64,000 nucleotides of DNA from Escherichia phage EcSzw-2. The DNA is taken from the sequence record MH791400.1; one strand, written 5' to 3'. This document shows positions 1 to 9,401 of the stretch, one piece after another (within the stretch, counting starts at the first letter, position 1; each line of letters starts with the position of its first letter). The notes beneath the pieces are model-generated. The model did not search any database. It saw only the letters and a list, made by a program, of their open reading frames with translations, and had not been told where the DNA came from. Position numbers and translations under genes: made by a program.

Positions 1-1559
1 CCTTCTCCAGCCAGCACAGAGAGTTCATCAAGTGCAGTTACACCGAAAGAAGCTGTGAAGGATTTCACGGTATCCCAACCAATCTTGTCAGTTGGCTTCT
101 TATCTCCTTTGTACAGGCCACCTTGTGTAAAGGCCAGAGGGTTTGAACTTGCTGGCATGTTAGCAATCATCTCATAGCGTTTTTTGTGGAAGCTACGAAT
201 CATTTCAAGGTATTTATCAAGCTCTTTCCAGAAGTCTAAACCGTTCTCTTTAGCATACTGGTAAATCATTGGCAAGTTCAAAGATACTGCACCAATATTT
301 GCACGACCAACGTAGAACTCTTCCCCATTTTCATCATAGTATGGAGATAGGAAAGCTCGACAACCCATCGGTGAAATCACCTTACCAGAACGTTCAAAAG
401 CTTCTGCGACAGCACCATGACCGGATACACTCAAGAAGTCTGGGTACATTGCTTTAGAGCAACACTCAATAGCTTTATTGTACAGTTGGCCTTGACAGAT
501 ATCTTCGCTGTGTCTTGTATGGTCATGGATGTAAACCAGTTTAGGGAACACAACAGGTTTCTTGTTCTTACCTTGACCATTCATACGAACATCAAGAATA
601 GTGTTTGCAATCATATACTGAAGACGGTTATCTTCATCAGCCATATCTGAACCAAGTAAACCAAATGTTAGAGTTGTGAATGCAAAGTCACCACGGCTGC
701 AAGGTACAGTATTCAGCTTCATCTCCAGTGACTGAAAACCTTGAGTTAGTTCAATCTGTAGCTGTTCCATTACATAATTGTAGTAATGTTCTTTTGGAAT
801 CCCATAAGAAGTTGCTTTCTCAGCATGGTAGCGTAAAGACTTCTTAGCATACGGTACGAGAACCTTATCAATCTCTGGGATTGTGAAGCCACCAAATTGC
901 TGTGCAGTTGCTGATAACACAACATCACCAATAACCTGTAAAGCTGACAGAACAGACTTAGGTTCACAGTATTCAATACCGGACATTTCAAAGCCACCTT
1001 TCAGGACTTTACCAATGTCAAATAGGCAACAGTTAATACCACCAAATACCAAATCTCTCAGGTCGTGAATGTAGATGAAACCTGCTTCAATAGCTTCAAG
1101 TTCTTCTGGTGTCAAGTGATACTGCTTAAAGATTTCTTTAGTCAGGTATCCACGAATGATAGAACCTTTTGTAGAGATTAAGCTACTGTCAAAGTTAGCA
1201 TTCTCACGGTCACCTAAGAAGAGGGTATCTTTGGTCTTCTGATAGAGTTCATCCCAATTCTGTGCAACCTCTTTACGATAGTTACGATAGGTTGAATAAG
1301 ATTCATAAATCTCGTGATTAACTTCTGCTAAAGCCCCTTCAACAATGCTGTGAATGTCATCTACAGAAATCAGCAAAGCATTCTGGTTAGAAGCCTTTAC
1401 AAGAATCCGCATAAAAGCTGACTCAAGAGCATGAACAACTTCTAATGGGAGTTCTTTATAGCCAACTCGGTTAGCTGACTTTGTAACTGCTGCTAGGACT
1501 TTCTTAATATCTGGTTCTTCAAGTGAGCCATTCTTTTTAATAATTTGTACTTTGACCAT
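1..1559 (-). CDS. nrdD: anaerobic ribonucleoside-triphosphate reductase NrdD, N-terminal ~519 codons; gene continues beyond window start
   Basis: Own minus-strand translation from ATG at 1557-1559: MVKVQIIKKNGSLEEPDIKK... containing FIYIHDL, GINCCLFDIGKVLKGGF, QQFGGFTIPEIDKVLVPY, VFPKLVYIHD, SPMGCRAF, GAVSLNLPMI, which align with class III RNR (T4 NrdD) as I recall it. Absent from the ORF track because it runs off the window edge. Confidence 0.85.
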   Translation of the reverse strand, partial: MVKVQIIKKNGSLEEPDIKKVLAAVTKSANRVGYKELPLEVVHALESAFMRILVKASNQNALLISVDDIHSIVEGALAEVNHEIYESYSTYRNYRKEVAQNWDELYQKTKDTLFLGDRENANFDSSLISTKGSIIRGYLTKEIFKQYHLTPEELEAIEAGFIYIHDLRDLVFGGINCCLFDIGKVLKGGFEMSGIEYCEPKSVLSALQVIGDVVLSATAQQFGGFTIPEIDKVLVPYAKKSLRYHAEKATSYGIPKEHYYNYVMEQLQIELTQGFQSLEMKLNTVPCSRGDFAFTTLTFGLLGSDMADEDNRLQYMIANTILDVRMNGQGKNKKPVVFPKLVYIHDHTRHSEDICQGQLYNKAIECCSKAMYPDFLSVSGHGAVAEAFERSGKVISPMGCRAFLSPYYDENGEEFYVGRANIGAVSLNLPMIYQYAKENGLDFWKELDKYLEMIRSFHKKRYEMIANMPASSNPLAFTQGGLYKGDKKPTDKIGWDTVKSFTASFGVTALDELSVLAGE

Positions 1560-1577
1560 TTGTGCTCCTTTATATAC

Positions 1578-1600
1578 GAAAAAGGTCTCCGAAGAGACCC
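1578..1600 (-). terminator. rho-independent terminator-like hairpin (GGTCTC-cgaa-GAGACC) followed by U-run on minus strand
   Basis: Perfect 6-7 bp GC-rich inverted repeat with tetraloop; A-run 1579-1583 on plus gives U-run on minus. Same hairpin sequence recurs at 5685-5709. Confidence 0.55.
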
Positions 1601-1605
1601 TTATA

Positions 1606-1812
1606 TTAATTCTTTTTGAAAATCTTCTCAACAAACTTTTTGAGTTTGCTGCTAATGTCAAGATGGATTTCTAGAATCTCAAAGATTACCCATACTAGCA
1701 TAGCACCAAACAAAGCACCTTGTTTGATATCAATAAACAGGTTCACAAAGAAGAAACCTAAGACAATCATCGGTGCATCAACTGTGAAACCTTCCCACAA
1801 ACGCTTAAGCAT
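1606..1812 (-). CDS. small hydrophobic hypothetical protein (68 aa)
   Basis: ORF track; hydrophobic stretch VLGFFFVNLFIDI...FGAMLVWVIF; 3' end of upstream gene overlaps its start by 8 nt. Confidence 0.4.
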   Translation of the reverse strand: MLKRLWEGFTVDAPMIVLGFFFVNLFIDIKQGALFGAMLVWVIFEILEIHLDISSKLKKFVEKIFKKN

Positions 1813-2047
1813 TGTTCACCTCTGCCATAAAGTTTTGTAGTGTTCCAACCGGAGTCAGAACATTGCCATCAGTCTTCATGATGAATGGCATCTGACGAAC
1901 TGGCATCTGTGCAATATCCATCAGTCCTGTCAGTTCATAGTCCTGTCCTAACATTCTTACAACGTGGTCAATACCACGAGCCTTTGCAAAGTTCTTTGCA
2001 GTTTCACACTGAGGGCAACCAGTTTTGGAGTAAATTACGTAAGTCAT
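1805..2047 (-). CDS. glutaredoxin/NrdH-like redoxin (80 aa)
   Basis: CPQC active-site motif near N-terminus (YSKTGCPQCETAK); size and position immediately downstream of nrdB typical of RNR-associated redoxins. Confidence 0.65.
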   Translation of the reverse strand: MTYVIYSKTGCPQCETAKNFAKARGIDHVVRMLGQDYELTGLMDIAQMPVRQMPFIMKTDGNVLTPVGTLQNFMAEVNNA

Positions 2048-3120
2048 TAAGGAACCTCTAAATATCCTGAGTTTAAATCATCTACAACGGTATTCAACAA
2101 GTACGCACCGTTTTGCTGTTCTTGGTTAGCATTCTGCTCTTTATCAATTTCCATCTTCTTAATCATGTATTTCAAAGGTGGTTCTTTAGGAGCTACGAAG
2201 TCTCTTGGAATACCAAACATATCATACAATGGTGCAGCGTTATAGTAAACCCACTCATGCAGAAGTTTTGTATTCAAACCAACTACGGCACGACCTTCAG
2301 AGAAAATATAATAAGACCATTTCTCTTCACTTTCAACCACTTCATCAAGAATTACTTTGATTTCTGGAAGAACCTGACGGAAAGCTTCTTGCCACTCTTC
2401 ATCTTTCAAAGTTTCTTTCAGTGCTTCAATGTCAATCTTCGTGTGAAGGATTTCATCAAGCATAATTTTCTGTACTGCCTGAGCAATACCTTGGAACTTA
2501 TCTTGTGCATCAAGTGCAAAGGTACATGCAAAGGATGCCATAAAGGATACGCCTTCCAAGGCTGTTACTGCAAAGAGACCTTTCAAAATCACTTTGTGGA
2601 AGTGTAAAGGGTCTTTCTCAAGCAGTGAATCACGAACATAGCCTAAGCGATAGTTGATACCTTCGTCAAGTAGTTCTTCCAGTGCTCTGTTCACAGTCTT
2701 CAGACGGTCTTGCACAGCAGCATTCTGGTTAATCTCATCAAGGATTGTTTCAGGATTCTTAATACACTGACGAACAATCTCTGAATAAGTCAAGGCATGA
2801 AGGTTCTCAATTTCAGATTGCTTCATAATTGCCGTTGCGTAGATATCATCAGAGATGAATGGTGCAAAAGCAAATGCCAAGCTCTTAGCAACCTGTGTAT
2901 CAGCTTCCCACTGCCACTTAAGAATCTCAAGCATTACACCAGACATGGATTCTGGAACACTTTCAAAGTCTAATCGTGACTGCTCAAATGGGAACTCATC
3001 TTCAGACCAGTCTTGTGCTTTCTGCTGTTTGTACAGTTCAAAGATTTTTGGATAGTGTTTGTTGAGTGAGTCAAAAGTTTTTCGCTCACCACCTAAAAAG
3101 ATTGGATGTTGGTTAATCAT
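2047..3120 (-). CDS. nrdB: ribonucleotide reductase small (beta) subunit NrdB
   Basis: 357 aa ORF immediately downstream of nrdA; motif SFMASFACTFALD resembles the class Ia R2 iron-site helix (T4 NrdB has SFACTFNFH); acidic C-terminal tail. Confidence 0.8.
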   Translation of the reverse strand: MINQHPIFLGGERKTFDSLNKHYPKIFELYKQQKAQDWSEDEFPFEQSRLDFESVPESMSGVMLEILKWQWEADTQVAKSLAFAFAPFISDDIYATAIMKQSEIENLHALTYSEIVRQCIKNPETILDEINQNAAVQDRLKTVNRALEELLDEGINYRLGYVRDSLLEKDPLHFHKVILKGLFAVTALEGVSFMASFACTFALDAQDKFQGIAQAVQKIMLDEILHTKIDIEALKETLKDEEWQEAFRQVLPEIKVILDEVVESEEKWSYYIFSEGRAVVGLNTKLLHEWVYYNAAPLYDMFGIPRDFVAPKEPPLKYMIKKMEIDKEQNANQEQQNGAYLLNTVVDDLNSGYLEVP

Positions 3121-3392
3121 AATGGTAGGTTTCCTGTTTCATAAAATTCTCTGGCTTCTGATGCTGTTAAAACTTGCCAACGGTCAACTTTAAACATATC
3201 AAGAGACCTTGCATAAGTGTTGCTTGGGTTAAAGCAATCAATGTAACGAAGATGCTCTTTCCAAGAACCATCTGGCATTTTAACTTTCAAGTGATGGTCT
3301 GCAATATAATATAAAGACTCTCTTGGTATATAATACAGATACAAAGCACAGTTTGGTTCTCTGTTTCTTGCATCTTGAATGAGTTCTAACAT
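3117..3392 (-). CDS. hypothetical protein (91 aa)
   Basis: ORF track; compact operon position with 4-nt stop/start overlap with nrdB; no motif recognised. Confidence 0.4.
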   Translation of the reverse strand: MLELIQDARNREPNCALYLYYIPRESLYYIADHHLKVKMPDGSWKEHLRYIDCFNPSNTYARSLDMFKVDRWQVLTASEAREFYETGNLPL

Positions 3393-3400
3393 GGTTTCTC

Positions 3401-3422
3401 CAAAAGGGGCTTTGCAGCCCCC
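3401..3422 (-). terminator. hairpin GGGGC-tttgca-GCCCC plus U-run on minus strand
   Basis: Inverted repeat 3406-3421 with A-run 3402-3405 on plus; sits between nrdA stop and next ORF. Confidence 0.45.
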
Positions 3423-3429
3423 TGTTTAG

Positions 3430-5664
3430 TTAAACTCCACAACCTTCACAGTAAGCATCTTGAAGTGCTGACTTACCAACACCAATACGACTGTTAAGGT
3501 AGTACATAGTTTTCATACCAACTGAGTTAGCATAAATCATGTACTTCAAAGCTTGCTCTAATGATACCTTTTTCGATTTTGAATAGTCAACATAGAAATC
3601 TGAAGAGATAGCTTGACCAGTGAATTTTTGAACAATTGCATAGCAATCAATCATGTCAAAGGTGTCAATATCCCAAGCAATTTCATAGACATACTTCAAT
3701 TCTTCGTAATCTGGAACGATGAACAGGACGTTACCAGTAGCTGACTTCTTGGTTAAGATGAAGTCACGAATTGGGTACAATCCGTTTGTCGTATTAGTTG
3801 CCAGTGAAGAACTCTCGTTAGGCATGTAAGCCTCAAGTACAGAGTTTCTAATACCACTGTTTGCTTTAATACGGTCTGCTAAGTCATCCCAATCATAACG
3901 AAGTTTTGCATCGTGTTTTGTATCAATCTTCCTGTTAGCTGTCTTCGGAGGAACCCAACCTTCAGGATACTTGGTGAACTTCATATATTCAGGTACACCA
4001 CGTTCTTTTGCAAGTCTTAATGAAGCCTCATGCAGATAGTAAGAGTGCATCTCTGCGAGTTCATGTAGCTTCGTTTTACCTGCTCTTGAAGAGTAGTTCA
4101 CGTAGTTCTTCGCAAGGTAATGAGCCACATTCGTAAGACCAATCCCAACAGAACGACGTTTCTGAACGTGGTTACGCATTGACGGATACGGATAGTCCAT
4201 AAGGTCAATAACGGAGTCAACCATTGCAAGAGCATAATAAGCAACGTCAGCGTATTCATCTTCTGTGATTCTCCCTGCTACCAGACTAGCCAAGAAGCAA
4301 AGAGCAACTTCACCATCTTCTTTAGGTGCTGTGTAACTGTAAAGGTCACGTTCATCTTCGAATCCGTGAACTGGCAATACAATTTCCATACACAAGTTAG
4401 ACATTTTCAAAGGTTCTTTAAACGGCGTGTGAGTGTTAGCATTGTTCGTAAAGAACGGGTACACACGGCCTGTAGCATAACGTTGCTGGATGAACAGCTT
4501 GGCAACTTCACGAGCCTTAACACGTTTATGCTTAACACCTGAATGAACTGCGTGACCAACTGCCATAGCAAACTCATCAGCAGATGCTGTGTAGAACATG
4601 TCATAAAGTTTTGGAGCGTCCTTGTAAGAGAACAGCAACCAATCTGTATCGTACTGCACACACTGCCAGAAATAGTCATTTGCACCAAATGAATAATCCA
4701 TCTCATTAATACGCTTAGAAGGAACCGTTGTAGGGTGCTTCAAACGCAGTAAATCTTCAATCTGCGGGTCTATGGCAGTGTAGAAGTTGTTAGCTGAACC
4801 ACCACGACTCTTCTGCTTATTGGCCTCTACAGCAGCACGTACAAGCTTGTAATAAGGTAGTTTACCCATGTGTTCAATGGTGTTTTGACGAATACCATCA
4901 CCAATTGTACGGGTCTCCATCAGCATACCAATGCCAGCTTGCTTCGTGGTCATATCATAAGCTACCTTAGTAGCAATGCCAAGAGACTCAGCAGTATCAT
5001 TAGCTTTGATTAAGCAGCATGACGCATAACCTGACTTAGTAGCACGTAAACCATTCAGATAAGGCGTAGGAGCGTTAATCTTCAGGTCAGACAGGTAAGT
5101 GTACAGTTTGATAACATCTTCCAGTCTACGGTGCTTAGGTTGTCTCTCAAAGGCTTTCATAGCCATACCCATAAACATAAATTGTGGAGACTCAAACAGA
5201 CGACCTGACTTGATATCTCGGATACCGTATTTGTCACGGAACTGTTTCAGTACTGCATAACCGTAAGAGATATCTTTTGAGTGAACAATGTGACCTTGTA
5301 AATAGTCAATCTCTTGTTCAGTGTAATCCATGTGTTCCCACAAACCCATCTGCTCCATTTTCATAACGAAGTTAAACAGTTGAGGAACTTTTGTGAAACC
5401 ACCAAAGGCTTCTTTGTAGATGATGCCAAGAAGTAATCGACCAGCCATATCAGAGTATTCTTGAGTCTGCTTATCAATACAAACGTCAATCATAGCTTGG
5501 TGCATCTCTTTGGTAGAGCAACCTTCATAGACACGCTTCATAGCTTCCATAGTTACTTCTGACCAAATGATTCCTCGTTTGTCAGCCCATGAAGCCCATT
5601 TGTTTAAACGTTCTGGTTCGAATGGTACGATTGTACCGTCAGATTTGCGAATGGTCTTAATCAT
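3430..5664 (-). CDS. nrdA: ribonucleotide reductase large (alpha) subunit NrdA
   Basis: 744 aa; N-terminal ATP-cone-like region (MIKTIRKSDGTIVPFEPERLNKW); class I RNR size; gene order nrdA-nrdB-redoxin-nrdD. Confidence 0.85.
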   Translation of the reverse strand: MIKTIRKSDGTIVPFEPERLNKWASWADKRGIIWSEVTMEAMKRVYEGCSTKEMHQAMIDVCIDKQTQEYSDMAGRLLLGIIYKEAFGGFTKVPQLFNFVMKMEQMGLWEHMDYTEQEIDYLQGHIVHSKDISYGYAVLKQFRDKYGIRDIKSGRLFESPQFMFMGMAMKAFERQPKHRRLEDVIKLYTYLSDLKINAPTPYLNGLRATKSGYASCCLIKANDTAESLGIATKVAYDMTTKQAGIGMLMETRTIGDGIRQNTIEHMGKLPYYKLVRAAVEANKQKSRGGSANNFYTAIDPQIEDLLRLKHPTTVPSKRINEMDYSFGANDYFWQCVQYDTDWLLFSYKDAPKLYDMFYTASADEFAMAVGHAVHSGVKHKRVKAREVAKLFIQQRYATGRVYPFFTNNANTHTPFKEPLKMSNLCMEIVLPVHGFEDERDLYSYTAPKEDGEVALCFLASLVAGRITEDEYADVAYYALAMVDSVIDLMDYPYPSMRNHVQKRRSVGIGLTNVAHYLAKNYVNYSSRAGKTKLHELAEMHSYYLHEASLRLAKERGVPEYMKFTKYPEGWVPPKTANRKIDTKHDAKLRYDWDDLADRIKANSGIRNSVLEAYMPNESSSLATNTTNGLYPIRDFILTKKSATGNVLFIVPDYEELKYVYEIAWDIDTFDMIDCYAIVQKFTGQAISSDFYVDYSKSKKVSLEQALKYMIYANSVGMKTMYYLNSRIGVGKSALQDAYCEGCGV

Positions 5665-5684
5665 TATTTTAGAGTCCTACAGGT

Positions 5685-5709
5685 GAAAAAGGGTCTCCGA
5701 AGAGACCCC
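5685..5709 (-). terminator. rho-independent terminator-like hairpin, second copy of GGGTCTC-cgaa-GAGACCC
   Basis: Same stem-loop as at 1578-1600, preceded on plus by AAAAA (U-run on minus). Confidence 0.55.
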
Positions 5710-5716
5710 TTAGAGA

Positions 5717-6052
5717 TTAAATGCTAAAGATTTGTTTATTTTGCCAAAGTTCATAGAACTTGTTAGAAACCTTAGTCAGTGAAGCTTTTGACATTGCGTT
5801 GCAGTACCACCAACGTTTAGTTTCATCAAACAGTTTTTCAAGGTCTTCGTGCAGGTTGTCTTCCATTCGTGAAATAACAAAGTTACCACGCTTCTTACCA
5901 GTAACACGACCAAACTTGATATCACTTCGTCCTTTACAATCTTCTGTGTACATCACTATGTCACCGAACCGTAAAGGTTTGCCAAACTTATCTACTCCAA
6001 GTTCAACGCCAGCTTTTACATCTTCAATTGTAAGCTTGTTTGCTTTAGACAT
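5717..6052 (-). CDS. hypothetical protein (111 aa)
   Basis: ORF track; no motif recognised. Confidence 0.4.
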   Translation of the reverse strand: MSKANKLTIEDVKAGVELGVDKFGKPLRFGDIVMYTEDCKGRSDIKFGRVTGKKRGNFVISRMEDNLHEDLEKLFDETKRWWYCNAMSKASLTKVSNKFYELWQNKQIFSI

Positions 6053-6377
6053 GATATTTATCCAAGTTTCGTTTCAGGTAAAGCCACCCATCATCAGTGC
6101 GTTCAACACCCATGAACAGTGGAGCCGTTACAACCTTTCCAAACGTATTACGATGCTGACAAATCTCATAAGAATACGTTTTCTCAATGTCCAGGCCATA
6201 TTTGAAAAGAACTGCTTTCAAGACCTGTTCATTATCCAGTAAAGTTTCTGGTGTCTCTCCATATTTTGCTAACAGTGAATCACTCATAAACACTGTCATA
6301 GAGAGATTATAGTTTGAGAAATGGCTCTTTGGAGCCACCTCTTCAGTATTAATGTTCTGTGAATCCATTATAACCAA
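6045..6377 (-). CDS. hypothetical protein (110 aa)
   Basis: ORF track; overlaps neighbours by a few nt as in phage operons. Confidence 0.4.
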   Translation of the reverse strand: MVIMDSQNINTEEVAPKSHFSNYNLSMTVFMSDSLLAKYGETPETLLDNEQVLKAVLFKYGLDIEKTYSYEICQHRNTFGKVVTAPLFMGVERTDDGWLYLKRNLDKYHV

Positions 6378-7104
6378 CCCCTTTTAACCAATTCTTCAGG
6401 TTATTTGCATCATAGTTCAGTTTCGGGTATGAGGTCACATGGAACTTCTCACCGTCATAGTAAACAATATCTGCAAGCCATAATCCGTTTTCTCGGCAGA
6501 AGTCTTTGTCTGCTTTTGAACTGATTGGTCGAACTTCTGTGAAGTCACTCAATCCAAGGTCTTTCAAACTTCCTACAAGACCTTTACAGATAACGCATGT
6601 GTCAGATGTTACCACGAATAATTCTTTGCTTTCAAGTTCCGCAATGAACTCTGCAAGCTGTACTTTAGGAAGATTAGACTGCTTCATAACCTTCTTATCA
6701 GACTCACGGATAATGGCGTACCATTCTTTTCCATCAATCATTGAGGCACGTACATGACATTCATCACCAGTATACTTCTCGATATCTGCAAGACGCTTCA
6801 AAGCTTCTTCGTAGTTATCGGTATACTTCAGGTTGTTATTCTCACAGACTGCTTTCATAGCTCCGTCATGGTCATGCTGTGAAAGGTAAATCAGTCCATC
6901 AAGAACATACTGTAAATCCGCCTGAGCATCAAGAGCCTCAATAGGGTCTTTTTCATCAACAGCTTTTAAAAGCTCTTTGGCCTCTTCTAACATACAAAGT
7001 GCTTGGCTACGCATTGAAGACCAGTACTCAGGTGTATAAGGAGTCAACGGGGTTTTACCACAACGCTGATTCCAAGTTAAAACGGATTCTCTGGAATTAA
7101 ACAT
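6349..7104 (-). CDS. hypothetical protein (251 aa); possible MazG-like NTP-pyrophosphohydrolase-type helical N-domain plus C-terminal CxxC region
   Basis: N-half has EExxE/D-rich helices (LEEAKELLKAVDE...EALDAQADLQYVLDG) reminiscent of MazG/dCTPase-like domains; C-half has CVICKG. Assignment is tentative. Confidence 0.35.
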   Translation of the reverse strand: MFNSRESVLTWNQRCGKTPLTPYTPEYWSSMRSQALCMLEEAKELLKAVDEKDPIEALDAQADLQYVLDGLIYLSQHDHDGAMKAVCENNNLKYTDNYEEALKRLADIEKYTGDECHVRASMIDGKEWYAIIRESDKKVMKQSNLPKVQLAEFIAELESKELFVVTSDTCVICKGLVGSLKDLGLSDFTEVRPISSKADKDFCRENGLWLADIVYYDGEKFHVTSYPKLNYDANNLKNWLKGVGYNGFTEH

Positions 7105-7331
7105 TAAACCTCCTGAAACAGTTTCTGCTGAGACTCAATATAATCCAGTCGGCCTTTCAGTTCAACACGTTTGTTAATCAGGTGCTGAATCTGGGACTCA
7201 AGAGCCTCCATTTCGGACTCCGTAGCTTCTTTAGCTTTGACAATTGCATCTTTCAGTGCTGCAATGTGACTGTCAATCTTAGCTACGTGGTCATTATTAA
7301 TTTTGTTAAATATCATCTTATTCTCTCTCAT
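7104..7331 (-). CDS. small coiled-coil hypothetical protein (75 aa)
   Basis: ORF track; heptad-like charged sequence. Confidence 0.3.
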   Translation of the reverse strand: MRENKMIFNKINNDHVAKIDSHIAALKDAIVKAKEATESEMEALESQIQHLINKRVELKGRLDYIESQQKLFQEV

Positions 7332-7818
7332 TAAGTTTCATGATTTTATGGATTCTCTTCTCAGCATCTTCATAAGTCTCTTTAGTCAGAAACTTGATTG
7401 CTGCAATGTTTGCATTGTAGAAGAGTCGAAGCTTGGAGTCAATCCTTTTTGTCATGACGTCAAACTTATGTTGAAGGTTAGCTTCTCCGTAGACCAACCC
7501 ACCTCGCGTATAATAAGTTTGCACAATATAGAAGTCAAACTCTTTTTCACCGAAAGTTTCAATATCTTTCTTAATGTACTCAGAAGAGGTCTGGTAAACC
7601 TTCCAGTCACTCTCTTTTGTCACAATCTTACGTCTGGTCTTTCCAGCTACTTTCTTCTTGGTGACATTGTTAAACTGCTTCTTACCCAAATAGTACTGTC
7701 CAGTCTTTTTGCAGTACACTAAGTAGACAAACCCAAAGTATTTAGTTGGGTCAATTTCTCCACAAAGTGAAATCCAATGTCCATATTCAGGGCAATTACC
7801 AAAACCTTTAATCTTCAT
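7318..7818 (-). CDS. putative GIY-YIG family homing endonuclease (166 aa)
   Basis: Motif GFVYLVYCKKTGQYYLGKK matches GIY-(10-11 aa)-YIG spacing, followed by basic residues; adjacent to an HNH endonuclease gene. Confidence 0.5.
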   Translation of the reverse strand: MKIKGFGNCPEYGHWISLCGEIDPTKYFGFVYLVYCKKTGQYYLGKKQFNNVTKKKVAGKTRRKIVTKESDWKVYQTSSEYIKKDIETFGEKEFDFYIVQTYYTRGGLVYGEANLQHKFDVMTKRIDSKLRLFYNANIAAIKFLTKETYEDAEKRIHKIMKLNERE

Positions 7819-8339
7819 TCATAAGTTTCTCCATGATTTGTGAACTCTCTATGAAGTTCTTCTCTTTTCTTTCTGACTGCTTCTGCTGCATCAGTAATAT
7901 TTTCAAAGACCCCTAAATGATAGCACACCTTTAGGTGTTTGACTTGAGCAACCCACTTTCCAGTATGCTTGTGGAAATAGACACCCTTAATCCCAGATTT
8001 ATTATCTTTCCTTTTTGCAGCATTACAATTATTTTGTGACCTGCTGCAAGCCCTGAGATTGCCAAACCAGTTTTCATCCCTTACACCATTACGATGGTCA
8101 ACATATTTAGGGATGTAACCAAGCATATACAAGAAAGCAAGCCTGTGTGCTGCATAACACTTACTAAATAACTTTATGTACACATATCCAGAGTGGTGTT
8201 TTACCCCAGCTACAGAGCCAGCCTTTACTTTGCTTGACCTATCCACAATCCAAGTAAAGACCCCTGTTTCGGGGTCATAGTTTAGATATTCTTTAAGAGT
8301 TTGCTGAGTCAACATTTGGAGTCCACCCATACTTCTCAA
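7815..8339 (-). CDS. HNH homing endonuclease with AP2-type DNA-binding domain (174 aa)
   Basis: HNH core (AHRLAF...YVDHRNGVRDENWFGNLRACSRSQNN) and AP2-like segment (SGIKGVYFHKHTGKWVAQVKH...YHLGVFENITDAAEAVRKKREEL); its 3' end overlaps the start of the upstream exonuclease gene by 47 nt. Confidence 0.65.
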   Translation of the reverse strand: MRSMGGLQMLTQQTLKEYLNYDPETGVFTWIVDRSSKVKAGSVAGVKHHSGYVYIKLFSKCYAAHRLAFLYMLGYIPKYVDHRNGVRDENWFGNLRACSRSQNNCNAAKRKDNKSGIKGVYFHKHTGKWVAQVKHLKVCYHLGVFENITDAAEAVRKKREELHREFTNHGETYE

Positions 8340-9351
8340 ACGTAAAGTCGTCTTTCTTATTTCTTTCTTGATAAGCTAAGAAGAAATGCTGCTTCATCAA
8401 CTCTAAAGGTGTTCTGGTGATTGTTTGACCATCCCATGATACATATGTATATGAATCTTTCTTAGCATACAACTCGTATATTGCATCAAGACACTCTTTG
8501 TATGTTGTCTTACCCTCTAAGGCTTTCATGACAGCAACTTTGCCAACACCCTTTAGTCCAAAGTAGTTGTCTGCTACATCACCTGCTACAGCTTGATAGC
8601 AGAGAAATTTAAAACCTACTCCAACAGTCTTTTTAGCTTTCGGCTTAGACTTGATAGGGCAATCCCAAATATCACCTACGTTACCGTCTGCAATGAAAAT
8701 CAGAGGGGCTTTCTCGTAAGTCATATCAATACAGTAAGTTCCTTCCGCTTGGCGAAGGTCTTTATCAATGCTCATAAGAGCAGCCTTCTTACCCATCTTC
8801 TCAGCTTTTGCAATAACGATTGAGTCAGCTTCAAACCCATTAAGTAAGAGCTTAAACTCAGGTCGTGACAGAAGATACTCACGACAAGCAACTAAATGTG
8901 TAGGGGTTACTGATTCTTTACGGTTACCTTGATACTGGTGTTCAAGACCTTTAATGTCTTTGTGTTTGTGTACACCTTTCTCTGTGAGGTATCCCATCCA
9001 AGTTCGTTCTTTACCAACAACCTTCAACCATTCCTGAAGAACTTGTTGAGTTGCCATAATAGCTTCTTTTTCACTCTTGGCTTCTTTCCAAGATTGTCTT
9101 TCCCATTCATCTTCATCGAATGCAAGGCCAAGTTCCTCTGTCAGAACTCTCTGGTCAGATAACCATTGATTAGCATCTTTAGCACTCTCAAAAGCATCAG
9201 ACTCTTCAGCAGTGAGTTTATTCACATACTTGTACTTTGCTTTCTCAACGACACAGGCTCCCTTGTAAGCGATACTGTCAGAGTCAATAAAGACATGTGT
9301 CACAGTATCTGGGAGTTTTGTTAATGTGTACTTTTCCATTTGTATCTCCAA
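8293..9351 (-). CDS. 5'-3' exonuclease / flap endonuclease (RNase H-like, FEN family)
   Basis: 352 aa; N-terminal acidic cluster FIDSDSIAY and helix-hairpin-helix-like GDVADNYFGLKGVGKVAVMKAL typical of T4 RNase H / T5 D15-type nucleases. Confidence 0.6.
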   Translation of the reverse strand: MEIQMEKYTLTKLPDTVTHVFIDSDSIAYKGACVVEKAKYKYVNKLTAEESDAFESAKDANQWLSDQRVLTEELGLAFDEDEWERQSWKEAKSEKEAIMATQQVLQEWLKVVGKERTWMGYLTEKGVHKHKDIKGLEHQYQGNRKESVTPTHLVACREYLLSRPEFKLLLNGFEADSIVIAKAEKMGKKAALMSIDKDLRQAEGTYCIDMTYEKAPLIFIADGNVGDIWDCPIKSKPKAKKTVGVGFKFLCYQAVAGDVADNYFGLKGVGKVAVMKALEGKTTYKECLDAIYELYAKKDSYTYVSWDGQTITRTPLELMKQHFFLAYQERNKKDDFTFEKYGWTPNVDSANS

Positions 9352-9355
9352 TACG

Positions 9356-9383
9356 AAAAAGCCCCATACTAAGTACAGGGCTT
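9356..9383 (-). terminator. hairpin plus U-run on minus strand
   Basis: AGCCC...GGGCT inverted repeat followed on minus by UUUU (plus AAAAA 9356-9360). Confidence 0.45.
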
Positions 9384-9401
9384 TGTAGTAACTACTGAGA
9401 A

